Shown here in pieces: positions 39,060 through 49,958 of a DNA stretch of 64,000 nucleotides. The notes under the pieces are model-generated. The model saw only the letters and a list, made by a program, of their open reading frames with translations. It searched no databases and was not told where the DNA came from. The position numbers and the translations under genes were made by a program. Numbering within the stretch: the first letter of the stretch is position 1; each line of letters opens with the position of its first letter. Origin of the DNA: Heptranchias perlo. Its lineage: Eukaryota. The stretch is from assembly GCF_035084215.1 (NCBI RefSeq), contig NC_090340.1:15128001-15192000 (forward strand), in the 5' to 3' direction.

Positions 39060-39505
39060 AAAGACAGGAGTTGCATTTGTATCGCACCTTTTACGACCAC
39101 AGGACGTTCCAACGAGCTTCACAACCATTGAAGTACCTTTCAAGTGTAGCCATTAATGTAATGTTGGGAAAAGCAGCAGCAAATTCTTTGCGTAGTAAGG
39201 TGCCACAAAGAGCAACGAGATAAATGACCAAATAATCGGTTTTAGTGAAGTGGATGGAGGGATAAAAATTGGTCAGGACACCGGGGAAACTCCCCTACTC
39301 CTCTTCGAAATAGCGTCGCGGGATCTTTTATGTCCACCCGAGAGGGCTGACGGGCCTTGATTTGAGTCTTGTCGGAAAGTCGGTGCATCTGACAGAGGAG
39401 CACTCCCTCAGTACTGCGCTGAAATTTTAGCCTAGATTTGTGCTCAAGTCTCTGGAGTGAGAACTTGAACGCACAACATTCTGACACAGAGCGACGAGCT
39501 ACCAC
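39060..39505 (-). mobile_element. tRNA-derived SINE (SacSINE1/Deu-domain-like)
   Basis: ttgcatttgtatcgcaccttt...ggtcaggacaccggggaaactcccctactcctcttcgaaatag...gaacttgaacgcacaacattctgac. Confidence 0.7.
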
Positions 39506-39765
39506 AAGGATCAAAACTGCATCCGATGTTCAGCGTTTGCGACTTGAATTATCCTGTAACAAACTGAATTAAATATGAAAATTATTGTGCTAAAGGTATC
39601 GGTTTTCCATGTTGTCTGCAATTTGGTACCAAAGCGTTTTAATCAGCAATTTTAAATTACATAAGAAACAGTTGATTAAAGCACAATTCTCATCTCCATA
39701 CCGCCAATCTTATCTGTGTATAAGCTTTGAAAATGTTTTCCAGAATTAATAAAGCGTTCTCTTAC

Positions 39766-39879
39766 CTTCAATGGAAGACATTTTTACGTGGTCCACAATA
39801 ATACCCGTCAGTGCAAGAATTACCAAGAAAGCCAGGAAAAGCCGAACAAACATGAGGAGCGAGATGCTGAAACTGTGAC
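39766..39879 (-). CDS. Gene B transmembrane exon: GHSFSISLLMFVRLFLAFLVILALTGIIVDHVKMSSIE (Arg-containing TM)
   Basis: Acceptor ctaatcctacaccgtag| and donor ATTGAAG|gtaaga. The exon is 114 nt, phase 1-1, and encodes a hydrophobic stretch with an Arg codon at 39842-39844. It is absent from the ORF track. Confidence 0.85.
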
Positions 39880-41093
39880 CTACGGTGTAGGATTAGAATC
39901 AAGATATAAAACTGTTGTATATAAGTATTATCGAATGGAAGCAACAATGATTGGTTTATACAGAGGAATGGGGTCCATTAAATGCCTAGTTTAAACCGAT
40001 CTCTATGGGGGTCGATTTGAACTTGCCTAAATTGGCGTTCACCACCTCAAAATGGGCTCGGAAAACTGACCACCTTGTTAACGCCAAGCATGGCGCCTTC
40101 CACTTTAAGGGATGGCCTATTGCTGGGATCAAGCACCTGTTTGTTTCAGGCAGTCGGCTCCCGTTCATATCCAAATCGGGGTTCTATGGTGTACATCCGA
40201 CCTCGATTGTCATTTTAGGATAGAACTGGTGCGCCCTGCACTATCTGGCCAGTTTTACGAGAGATTGTTGATTAAGAGGCCAAGACCAGACAAGTTTTAA
40301 ATTATTTTTGTGTGTCCAGGAAGAGCAGGAGTGCCCCTCTGGACCCCATACAACATGATCTGGGCCACTACAACCTTCGGTCCACACTCCGAGATCGTAA
40401 CGCTCCGATTTAGCATGCTGCCTACTGGCAGGTCTCGGCCGCCCTGCGCGGTGCATCAACGTCAAGAATCCTGATTTTCCCTAAAATAGCCTGGGGTTGA
40501 CTCCCCTCATGGGGGTCTGGATCTCACCGGCACAGGGGATAAGTGCCAAATTTTCTCCTGAACTGCCATTGCGACTACTCCTTAATTTTACTCTAAGATC
40601 TGCAGGGAGAGAAATTGTTCCGAGCCCATGACCATAATGATAGCTAGAATTGATTTAGAAGCAATGCGACATGCCTCACCAATCTACAAGAACCTGAGGA
40701 GAGAAGCAGCACAGTAGATGAAGGCCATCCAGGTAGTAGTTCACTTATATTTTTGAAAGATACGGAAAAAGGTTCTGCATGTGAGGCTTCTGAAGGAAAT
40801 TCAGGCTCATGAAATTCAGGTAGAATTGGAAATTGATAAATGGACAAATCGTTTCGTTTCCTGTCTGGGGAACAGTAGAGTTCTACTGGTCCATTCTAGG
40901 TTCTGTGCTTTGAAGTCGATTAATGAACAATATTGATGTGTCACTTCTAGTAATACTCCTAGATGTGTTGATGGTGTCAATGTATGGATAGGTGAGAAGT
41001 TGGTTAATAATATTCAAATACATCTGGGTCATCGAGGAAATGCTCTTGAAAGATGTTGGCGGCAGTTTGACGCACAATCTGTTGCAATCTTAC

Positions 41094-41387
41094 CTTTAAA
41101 GGTGTAGCTGACACCGGCGGGCACCACAAGAGAGACATGAGATACCAAACAGGTATAAACAACCCCGCTCCGGGCAGGCTGTACATCTTCCAAAAAAGTG
41201 GAAACCTCATATAGTCCTTTGGCGGTCCTGTTTTTCACCGTTTCTATTCCAGTCTGAATTTCGACACCATCTCTTCGCCAGGAGATTCCTAAATGCTCCG
41301 GGTAAAAGGCAGCCGTTTTACACTCGAGTTTCAGAGAAGCCGATGAAATCCCTTCAACAGGAGCGATTTCCAGGGGGGTTGGGGGAA
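41094..41387 (-). CDS. Gene B Ig C1-set domain exon
   Basis: Acceptor cttttctgttaaag| and donor TTTAAAG|gtaaga. Open 294 nt: VPPTPLEI...LKLECKTAAFYPEHLGISWRRDG...GLYEVSTFL...YTCLVSHVSLVVP, with the C1 hallmarks FYP and YTCxVxH. Confidence 0.92.
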
Positions 41388-42330
41388 CTTTAACAGAAAA
41401 GAGTTGTTAGTATTAGTCTCTGTATATTTATTACTGTATAATTTGGTAATATCTCAATCTTACCTGAAACTATAAATGCATGGGAGCAGATTTATCATTT
41501 TCTATCACAGTTCGTACATGATTATTACAGTCGAATAGCCAAATTTCACTAAGCACATTCACGGGGACGAAACAACGGGAAAGTGAATTTTCTATTGCCG
41601 TTAGTTATTCGTTTTAAGGTAGAGTACATATCATGAGCAAGTGTTTGCAATTTCGTAAATAGTCGTCCTGTACATTAATATACCATGGTGCATGTGAAAG
41701 CTCGGTTTGGAATCTCAAGGCTGCATTGTTATGAAAAACCGTTTGCTCTGCCTGGGTGAGATTCTCCGACACTGGCCCAGTGAGATAACACACTGTAATT
41801 AGGATTTGGGGAACTCATGAAAATTATTTCTGCAGGGCACAGGCTGACACCCAACCACACGATATTCTTTTTCCGAAATAAAATCCAGAATCTTACATTT
41901 TTAAAAAAAATCTGGAGATAAATTAAAGCATTTCGAATTTGAGGGAGCAGTTGATTAATTTTTAATCATTATTTTAAGCATTTGATATTGAGCCACGAAC
42001 ATTTTAACAATGAAAACGTGAGCTGACATACATCCAAGCAATTAAAACATCAGTGCCATAAAATATGGTACAAATATTATGATTGACCCGTGCAATACCC
42101 TTTATTCCACATCATTGCTCAGTCGTGCTCCTTGAAACCACCACAGAAGTTATGTCCTGGATAACTAAACGGAAGAAAATCGATCTCTTCTGCCTCTATT
42201 CCCAGGGCCCTCCTAATTCAATGCAAAATCTTGTGGCAAAGTTCTACCTTCCCCACATTACAAAATGCAGATCCTATTCGCCCAGTGAAAATATGTCGAT
42301 GATTACTTCGAGAGCAAGTCAAGACAATTT

Positions 42331-42505
42331 GGGGGACAAACTCGTCCTGGGTTGGTAGTTCACAGCGGGCGATAGCGAATTGGCAGCCCGTTTTACACTC
42401 AGCTCGATTAACTTCAATGGAGAAGAAAACCGGGCGGAATGTAAAACGGACTGCCGATTAGTTATCGCCTGTAATGCGCTACCGCGCAAGTCAGATTTAT
42501 ACCCC
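42331..42505. mobile_element. Palindromic MITE (~175 bp) in the V-C1 intron of gene B
   Basis: Arms gcgatagcgaattggcagcccgttttaca and tgtaaaacggactgccgattagttatcgc, with GGGG...CCCC termini. Confidence 0.7.
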
Positions 42506-43299
42506 AATACCACTTTGCTGTGAACAATGCCAATGGAATTCTTCTAGGTAAACACTGTGAAGATTTCACCTCTAGCATTAATCCCAAAAAACATATTTTA
42601 GGATCCTCACCAATATTTAGACCCCCGCTTAGGCTATGGCATCAAGCACAGACCCCCAGAATGGTGAGATCTTTGGGCACTATCTCAAGATCTGAAGAAG
42701 GGTGCTGTGTTCTGAGTCAGAGCTTAAACAACTGCCTTCTGATGATTAGTCCAACATAGCCGTTCGATGTGAGGTATAACAGAGAAGATACTTCAGCCGA
42801 GTCAACCTTACATCCAAACTATTGGATGTTTTAGACCACTTTCCAGAGCTTTGGAGTTCTGTAAATTACATTGTTCCCTTCTCTATGGAAACAATTTGAA
42901 TTTTACCTCCTTTAGTTAGTAGAGTGAGAATTATGTTTACTAACTCTCCAAGTGTTTATTCTGAAAAAATCCCCGTGACCCAAGCTTATGTCATCTTTCC
43001 AGTTGGTGAGCCAGAGCCCATAGGAAGGACAGCCTCACTGGGTTTTCTCTCTTTTGGCTGAAGCATGGCTTATAAACTGCCCTCACATCACTGTGAGGGT
43101 TTCATCCGGCAAGGATGCATCAAACGCCATTTTTCATGTGGGTGTTTATTGATTAGTATCTCTAGCATTAGTATGAATATGGAATCGAAGATGAATTCCT
43201 GGTTCATTCTTCATTTCGGAGATGTCTTGTTCTGTGAGGATGATTCGAGTATGATCCGAGACCACTTTTTGGTCAATACTTGGACTATGTCATGACCTA

Positions 43300-44560
43300 T
43301 CTCCTCTGACACCCAAAAGATTTTATTTTTTAATGCAACCTGTGGCATTAGGAATACTAGGAATATAATCCCATGTACTGGGTTGGTATATCCTCATAAT
43401 ATCCGCCAGGCCCATCTCACTGCTAAATATAGAAATTTTCCCTTCGACAACAACAGCAGATCTGAAGCAAGATTAAAATTAACACCTTTTATAATTGACA
43501 GTTTTGGTAACTCTCCTTTGCACACTATTCGGGTATTGTGTCTGCCCATTATTAGGGACAAATACATTAACCATAATTAATCTAACATTACAATATATCT
43601 GCCCTCCAGTCCTTCGGTGTTCCATTATAAATGTACTCGACTTATGAATTAATATTACCACTATAAATTTCCTCAAATAAAAAAGGTCAATGTATTTACT
43701 TCACGAAGGTCTTCTTGGATTTTGAAGACCCTTTCTCATCAAAGTGGATCCGCTGTTGGAAGGCTACTCCCATCTTTAATCGGCTTAAATATTGCAAAGG
43801 TTTAACGCAGTTCAGTGAATTTTGGATTCCCTTCACATTCCAGGTGACCAGCTTAATACGGCTACTACTGATCACCTGTGTTTTAAATTTTAAATCCTTG
43901 ACTTGCATTCCCTTGACCCACCTCCAGTTACCTTAAACCTGAAAGCAACCTGTAGTCCCTAGGAGAAATAAAATGCATGTTGATTGTTCATTTACCGATT
44001 TCGCGCTACCAGCAGGAATTCTCGTCTGGCTGCTTTGCAAATTGAGAGATTGCGGGCAGTAGCATGAACTCGGAAAATTCACTGTAAAGCAATAAGGGAA
44101 ATTCTATCAAACTGTATCAGACGCTGCTGCACCTCATTGATGTCGGGGAAGTTCCTTAACTGAATACTTTCCGTACTTCAGTCGCCGTTCTTTCTTGTTG
44201 CCTCAATGATCTTAGGTTTGTCTTGGAATCTGAGCGTTTTGAAAATGATTGTTCTTGGGGATTTGCGTGTTATAGCAGGAGCCAGGACCCCCACCATTTC
44301 CATCTTTGCAGATTCTGATCCCACCCGAAGCTCTGATTAGATATCTTGAAGTTAACCTATGGTAATCTTCTCTTCCACCACTCTGGAAGATTAACCAGTT
44401 GAAGATTATTATTCTTGGAATGAATTTTCCAATCCCCTTTTTGAATTATCAACTGCTGCCGGTATTTTCCTTCAGCACATCAATCTCTTTCAAGACCAAC
44501 TCTCATGAATATTCTGCCTCTAACAGCCTTTCCTCCAGCTTGCAATCTATTTTCAGTCAA
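43300..44560 (-). mobile_element. Degraded L1-clade LINE (ORF1 and APE N-terminus) in the V-C1 intron of gene B
   Basis: IKLVTWNVKGIQN (L1 APE start); LENHSKNNNLQLVNLPE and PRTIIFKTLRFQDK (L1 ORF1). Confidence 0.7.
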
Positions 44561-45123
44561 TTTCTTTCTGAGAAAGGATATATTTTGCTAGGCCCCACTC
44601 TCGCTTTTATTTATGAAATTTGTGTGCGTGTGGGTGTTTATCGCCCTGATCCTCGTTTTAGCACAAAATCATTTGAAGATTCGACCCCACTCCCCGCCAA
44701 AGAGCAGCGTTACGAATCGACCATTAGCAAAGTGCAGGCAGTTGGAGTATTATTACCTGAAAATAATTATAATTTATAAATTACTCCGCTTTGAATCAAT
44801 TTTATTATAATAATATCACATTTCACGAGTCTGGTGCGATGACTGCATGTACTCGTATACGGGGCATACAACAGGGGCTAACTGTCCTCCCTTATCTGAT
44901 TATATTCATTATTATATTATATCCCATTCTGTTTCAACGAGATTACATTCTGCATTTAAAATGCGTATTTAAAGTATGATATAAAATTCGGTACTTAATA
45001 CACATATAAAAACACAAATGTGAAAGTGCTGCAGATTCTATTAAAGTGGTTGTCCATCCCTTAATTTTTTTGAGTTTTAAAGATAGCTAAAACTCTCCCA
45101 CTCCCCTGTACAATGACACTTAC

Positions 45124-45429
45124 CGTACACAGTAATCAGGGAGCCAGCTCCATCTCCAATAGATTTTTCCTGATGTTTTACTTTACAGTAATACATTCCG
45201 GTGTCTTCGATATTCACATTCACAACATCAAAGGAACCACTTCCCTTTTTGACATTGAATTGCTTTCTGTTGTCTGGTTCCAGGAACTTATTCTCGCCCT
45301 GTCTCCACCAAACAACATCGGGAGCATCTTGAAATAGTGGAAAAGTGCAGAACAAGGAAACATTTGCACCTCTGGCAACATTCACGTGTTTCGGGAATTG
45401 ATCCACTTTGCTCGAAGTTACTTCGACGT
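45124..45429 (-). CDS. Gene B Ig V-type domain exon with germline-joined J-like strand
   Basis: Acceptor ttattttttgatag| and donor GTGTACG|gtaagt. Open 306 nt: VDQFP...NVSLFC...VVWWRQG...EDTGMYYC...GDGAGSLITVY. Confidence 0.93.
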
Positions 45430-45643
45430 CTATCAAAAAATAAACAAGTAAACTGATACAATAGTGTGTGTACTTTCAGGGGAAGAAACAAAAATTACGA
45501 CTTAGAAATTGAAAAACAAGAAAATTAGCAAAATTAATAAAATAATGAGAAAGACGAAAAAAAGAAATGTGCATAAAATATGACGATTTTTTAAACACAA
45601 GGTTTTTTCGATAAGCATAAAGCTGTAAGATAAACAAACACAC

Positions 45644-45698
45644 CTGTGTAAATAATTCCGAGTAAAGATATGCACAAAAGTGCGGAGCTCACCGCCAT
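45644..45698 (-). CDS. Gene B leader exon: MAVSSALLCISLLGIIYT
   Basis: agaATGG Kozak-like start, hydrophobic signal peptide and donor ACAG|gtgtgt. The exon is 55 nt, phase 1, the same size as the gene C leader. Confidence 0.85.
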
Positions 45699-45776
45699 TC
45701 TGAGTGACGAACATTAAACTGGCCAGAAGCTGCAAGGAACCTCCAAGCTCCTGGTCCTTTGGAAGCCACGGGTTTG

Positions 45777-45809
45777 CACGTGATATAAATTGACGTGTAA
45801 TATCACGTG
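45777..45809. promoter_or_regulatory. Candidate proximal promoter element of gene B: inverted E-box pair around TGACGT
   Basis: CACGTGATAT-aaatTGACGTgta-ATATCACGTG, 80-110 bp upstream of the ATG. TGATAA at ~45844 and TGTGGT at ~45884 lie nearby. Confidence 0.4.
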
Positions 45810-46493
45810 TCTAAATGTGCAATTTCAACAGATGCATTTCCTTTGATAAGTCAGACCACTCAGATACAACTGTCACCAAGAACTGTGGTCGGAACCAGTT
45901 AGATCCAAACTGAGAGCAAATAGAAAGCATCACATTTTACCCGAAATCAATTCTGATTCTGTCGGTTAACAGCATATGATTGTTTTCTAAAACCAATGCT
46001 ATAGCCAATTAGTTGTGAAGGATGATTAGTTTGGTGAGCAAATCCGGAAGAATGGGACGAAGTTCTTTCTAGTTTTCACATATTAGCGACGTCCTAAATA
46101 TAGGGTAAAGATTCACAATGTTCGTTATTTCTAGCGAGATCCCAAGTGCATTCTACGATATTCCCATTTGAGAGCTGGGGGCCTGGTCAGTATTGTGGGC
46201 GGAGACTCGTTCAGAATCAGGTTTGAATTGACCCTCTTAAAAGACTCAGGATACTTGGGCGTATTGTAGTTACACGTGTAACTCACTTGCGCCCAAAATG
46301 CCGCGGTCTATGAAGTCATGTAACTTGTTTGCGCCCAGATTGCACTTCTCTCTCGGCGCAAATGCGGAGAGAACTCCAGGCTGTGAGTCTTCCTTTCCTG
46401 TTCTTGTGGTGATAAAGCACTGTTGATTGTCCTGTTGGACTTGGTTCCGCCTATCCCTTCAACACACCCTGGTCAGTGTAAAATAGAAACTCA

Positions 46494-46682
46494 TGTCCTT
46501 TGTTTAGTCTGTAAAGCCAATGCTTAGAAATATTGTTAATTGGTCGTTTTGCCAGTTTGTGGACTGCTGCTCAAAGCAGACATCAGAAGAACACACAAGT
46601 AGCCTTACAAACAACTCACGGCCAAAGTCAGCACAAGCATCTGCCCTATGCTGTCGTAGGAATGTTGGTGTTACGCTGGTGA
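46494..46682 (-). pseudogene. Duplicated fragment of the last intron and first codons of the terminal ITIM exon
   Basis: Closely matches 50112-50300 (compare ORFs 46520..46777 and 50138..50347). The acceptor is intact and is followed by TKQRT*. Confidence 0.85.
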
Positions 46683-46689
46683 GCAAGCA

Positions 46690-47240
46690 GTCAAGCAGAC
46701 TTCAATCATTTAAAGTTAATATTCTGTATGTCATTGTAAATAAAAGAATGTTTTTAAATAAAATGTCAAAGAATTAATTGAATTAAATTAAAGAGACAGA
46801 AGGGAAAAGTAAAAACAAATTAACGTTTTAGTTTTAAAAGTTGTTTTTAATGACCATAAACTAATAAAATAAGGAGTAATATGCGTCTCCACGTTTTGAT
46901 AAGATAATGTTTTTTTGTTTGGCAGTCATTAAAGCATACCGCGCTGTTAAAACTTAGTTTAGACTTGGTATTTTAAGTGTACCTGTTCGATGGCATAATT
47001 AGTTACTTTCCAGCTGGGCTGATAAGCAAGTTGGCGCTTTTTCAGTGATTGATTGGCTTGCAGGTGCGATGGCGCATTCATTCCAAGCTGTCATATCGCC
47101 TGCGAAGCACTGGGAGCAAAATCAGGATTTCCGCGTTTGAATACGCATATGCAAACGTGGGAACTTGCTCCTTCAATTCGCTACGAAAAACGGAGGGAGC
47201 TGTTGAGCTCCTCCGTTATTTCGGGAGCGATTTCTGGCCC
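46690..47240. mobile_element. Probable non-autonomous DNA-transposon fragment
   Basis: AT-rich body ending in gatttctggccc, similar to the Harbinger-like termini elsewhere in the window. Confidence 0.35.
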
Positions 47241-47684
47241 GTTGTTATAATTACACTGAAACATGCGATGAGGATTAACTGCTGCTATTCAACACCAGAT
47301 ACGTTTTCAGCATGTTTCAATTAACGTAGTTAAATTCAGAACCAGAAGTGTTGGTGCATCGAGCTGAGCAAATGAACTATGTCCTTTACTTAGTGAAAAA
47401 GCGATTCGTCTGTGCCAATATTTAGCAACACATCAGTGTAGCTAACACCAGACGGCAAACCCCCCAGTTAATCGTTTAAACTTTATCGGAACAAAAGACT
47501 GATGGAACGCCCATACAATGTCATTTTCATTCCTGTACCCAGATGTCACTTTTTCCGTTAAATAATTATCAAAATAATCTACAGCACTTCGACTCCACCT
47601 TGAAGCAATGAATTGTTATTAGGTAAGAAAATCGAATGTAAAGTAAACTGAAACATAGTGACAGGTAAACAGTTACACGTTTAC

Positions 47685-49035
47685 TTGCATTTAGCAAAGT
47701 GATGGAAGGTGTCGTCGACAGTGCTATCAAGCGGCACTTACTCACCAATAACCTGCTCACCGATGCTCAGTTAGGGTTCCGCCAGGACCACTCAGCTCCA
47801 GACCTCATAACAGCCTTGCTCCAAACATAGATACAAGAGCTGAATTCCAGAGGTGAGGCGAGAGTGACTGCCCATGATATCAAGGCAGCATTTCACCAAG
47901 TGTGGCACCAAGGAGCCCTAGTAAAATTGAAGTCAATGGGAATCAGGGGGGGATTCTCTCAATTGGCTGGAGTCATACATAGCTCAAAGGAAGATGGTAG
48001 TGGTTGTTGGAGGCCAATCATCTCAGCCCCAGGACATTGCTGCAGGAGTTCCTCAGGACAGTGTCCTAGGCCAAACAGCTTCAGCTGCTTCATCAACGAC
48101 CTTCCCTCCATCATAAGGTCAGAACTGGGGATGTGTGCTGATGATTGCACAGTGTTCAGTTCCATTTGCAACCCCTCAGATAATGAAGCACTCCATACCC
48201 ACATGCAGCAAAACCTGGCAAACATCCATGCTTGGGCTGATAATTAGCAAGTAACATTCGCGCCAGACAAGTGCCAGGCAATAACCATCTCCAACAAGAG
48301 AACGTCTAACCACCTCTCCCTCCCATTCAATGACATTACCATCGCTGAATCCCCCACCATCAACATTCTCGGGGTCACCATTGACCAGAAACTTAACTGG
48401 ACCAGCCACATAAATATTGTGGCTACAAGAGCTGATAAGAGACTGGGTATTCTGTGACGAGTGACTCACCTCCTGATACCCAAAGCCTTTCCACCATCTA
48501 CAAGGCACAAGTCAGGAGTGTGATGGAATACTCTCAACTTGCCAGGATAAGTGCAGCTCCAACAACAATCAAGAAGCTCGACACCATCTGGAACAAAGGA
48601 GCCCGCTTGATTGGCACTCATCCACCATCTTAAACATTCACTTCCTCCACCACCAGCGCACCGTGGCTGCAGTGTGTACCATCTACAAGATGCACTGCAT
48701 CAACTCGCCAAGGTTCCTTTGATAGCTCCTCCCAAACCCGCGACCTCTACCACCTAGAAGGACAAGAGCAGCAGGTGCATGGGAACTCCACCACCTGCAC
48801 ATTCCCCTCCAAGTCACACATAATCCTGACTAGGAAATATATCGCCCTTCCTTCATGGTCGCTGGGTCAAAATGCTGGAACTCCCGACCTAACAGCACTG
48901 TGAGAGAACCTTCACCACACGGACTGCAGCGGTTCAAGAAGGCGGCTCACCACCACCTTCTCAAGGACAATTAGGGATGGGCAATAAATGCTGGCCTTGC
49001 CAGCGACGCCCACATTCCATGAATGATTTTTTTAA
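47685..49035 (+). mobile_element. Second LINE family, 5'-truncated copy
   Basis: DIKAAFHQVWHQG and FINDLPSIIRSELGMCADDC. 3' end gggcaataaatgctggccttgccagcgacgccc. Confidence 0.88.
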
Positions 49036-49958
49036 AAAGTGTCATTCGGGATAAAACTGCCCCTTTCTTGTCGAAACCTGAGCTCATTAAGGCAAGTCAG
49101 TACGGATTTCGAAAATGCAGAGCGTGCTTGACTTTCCTTGCAGAATTCTTTGAAGAAACAGCAAAGCAGATTTTCAAAAAAATTGTTAATGTAACACCAT
49201 AGGATAATGACTCTTGGGAGTAAGGGCAACATTGGTGGAATCAGGTTCAATGGGAACTTTCAAGACGGAATTGGATATGTACTTGAAAAGGAAAACATTG
49301 CAAGGTTTTGGGGAAGTGCTGGGGAGTGGGATTAATAGGATAGCTCTTTGAAAGAGCCGGCATAGTCACAATGGGTCGCATGGACTACTCCTGTGCTGCA
49401 AGATTATATAATTCTACGTGGCCACTTGGGTAAACAGATGTTTGGAGGTCACAAAACAACGGGCAACTACTGGAGCTTCCTGCATTCTATATCAGGAGCG
49501 TCATCTGGGCTGGAAGTCAGACGTAATAACGCTACACATAAATCAGCACACGGGTTTGGAAAATTTACCCGCAAAAAAGGAGCACGAATCGTTGATTTGT
49601 AAGAGATCGTATATAATCTGTTTTTATTGAATTTATGTATGATGATAATTCGGTACAGCAAGACTATTAGCGTATCATTGTAATTGAAAGTGTAGGCATT
49701 TGGCTTCAGTTAAATAACGCAGATTTAACATGAAAGTACGTCAGGAAAGGTTTTTTTTGTTAAAAGCAGCTAAATGAAAATTCATCAAATATTTAAACAG
49801 AAGATAATAACTACAGACTGCATTCTCTGTTATACACTGGAATGCGTTACCTCTCAGAGGGATGGTCTCGCACTGTATCCATTCGCGCGGAGTTGATACG
49901 GCCGCGGAAAGCGATCAGTATATATCAAAAAGTGACTTCTGAAACTAAAATTCTATCA

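Noticed and set aside
45124-45429. Rearranging Ig light chain, TCR or IgNAR locus
   Set aside because: V and the J-like strand are in one exon with no RSS, and the TM/ITIM exons do not match antigen-receptor chains.
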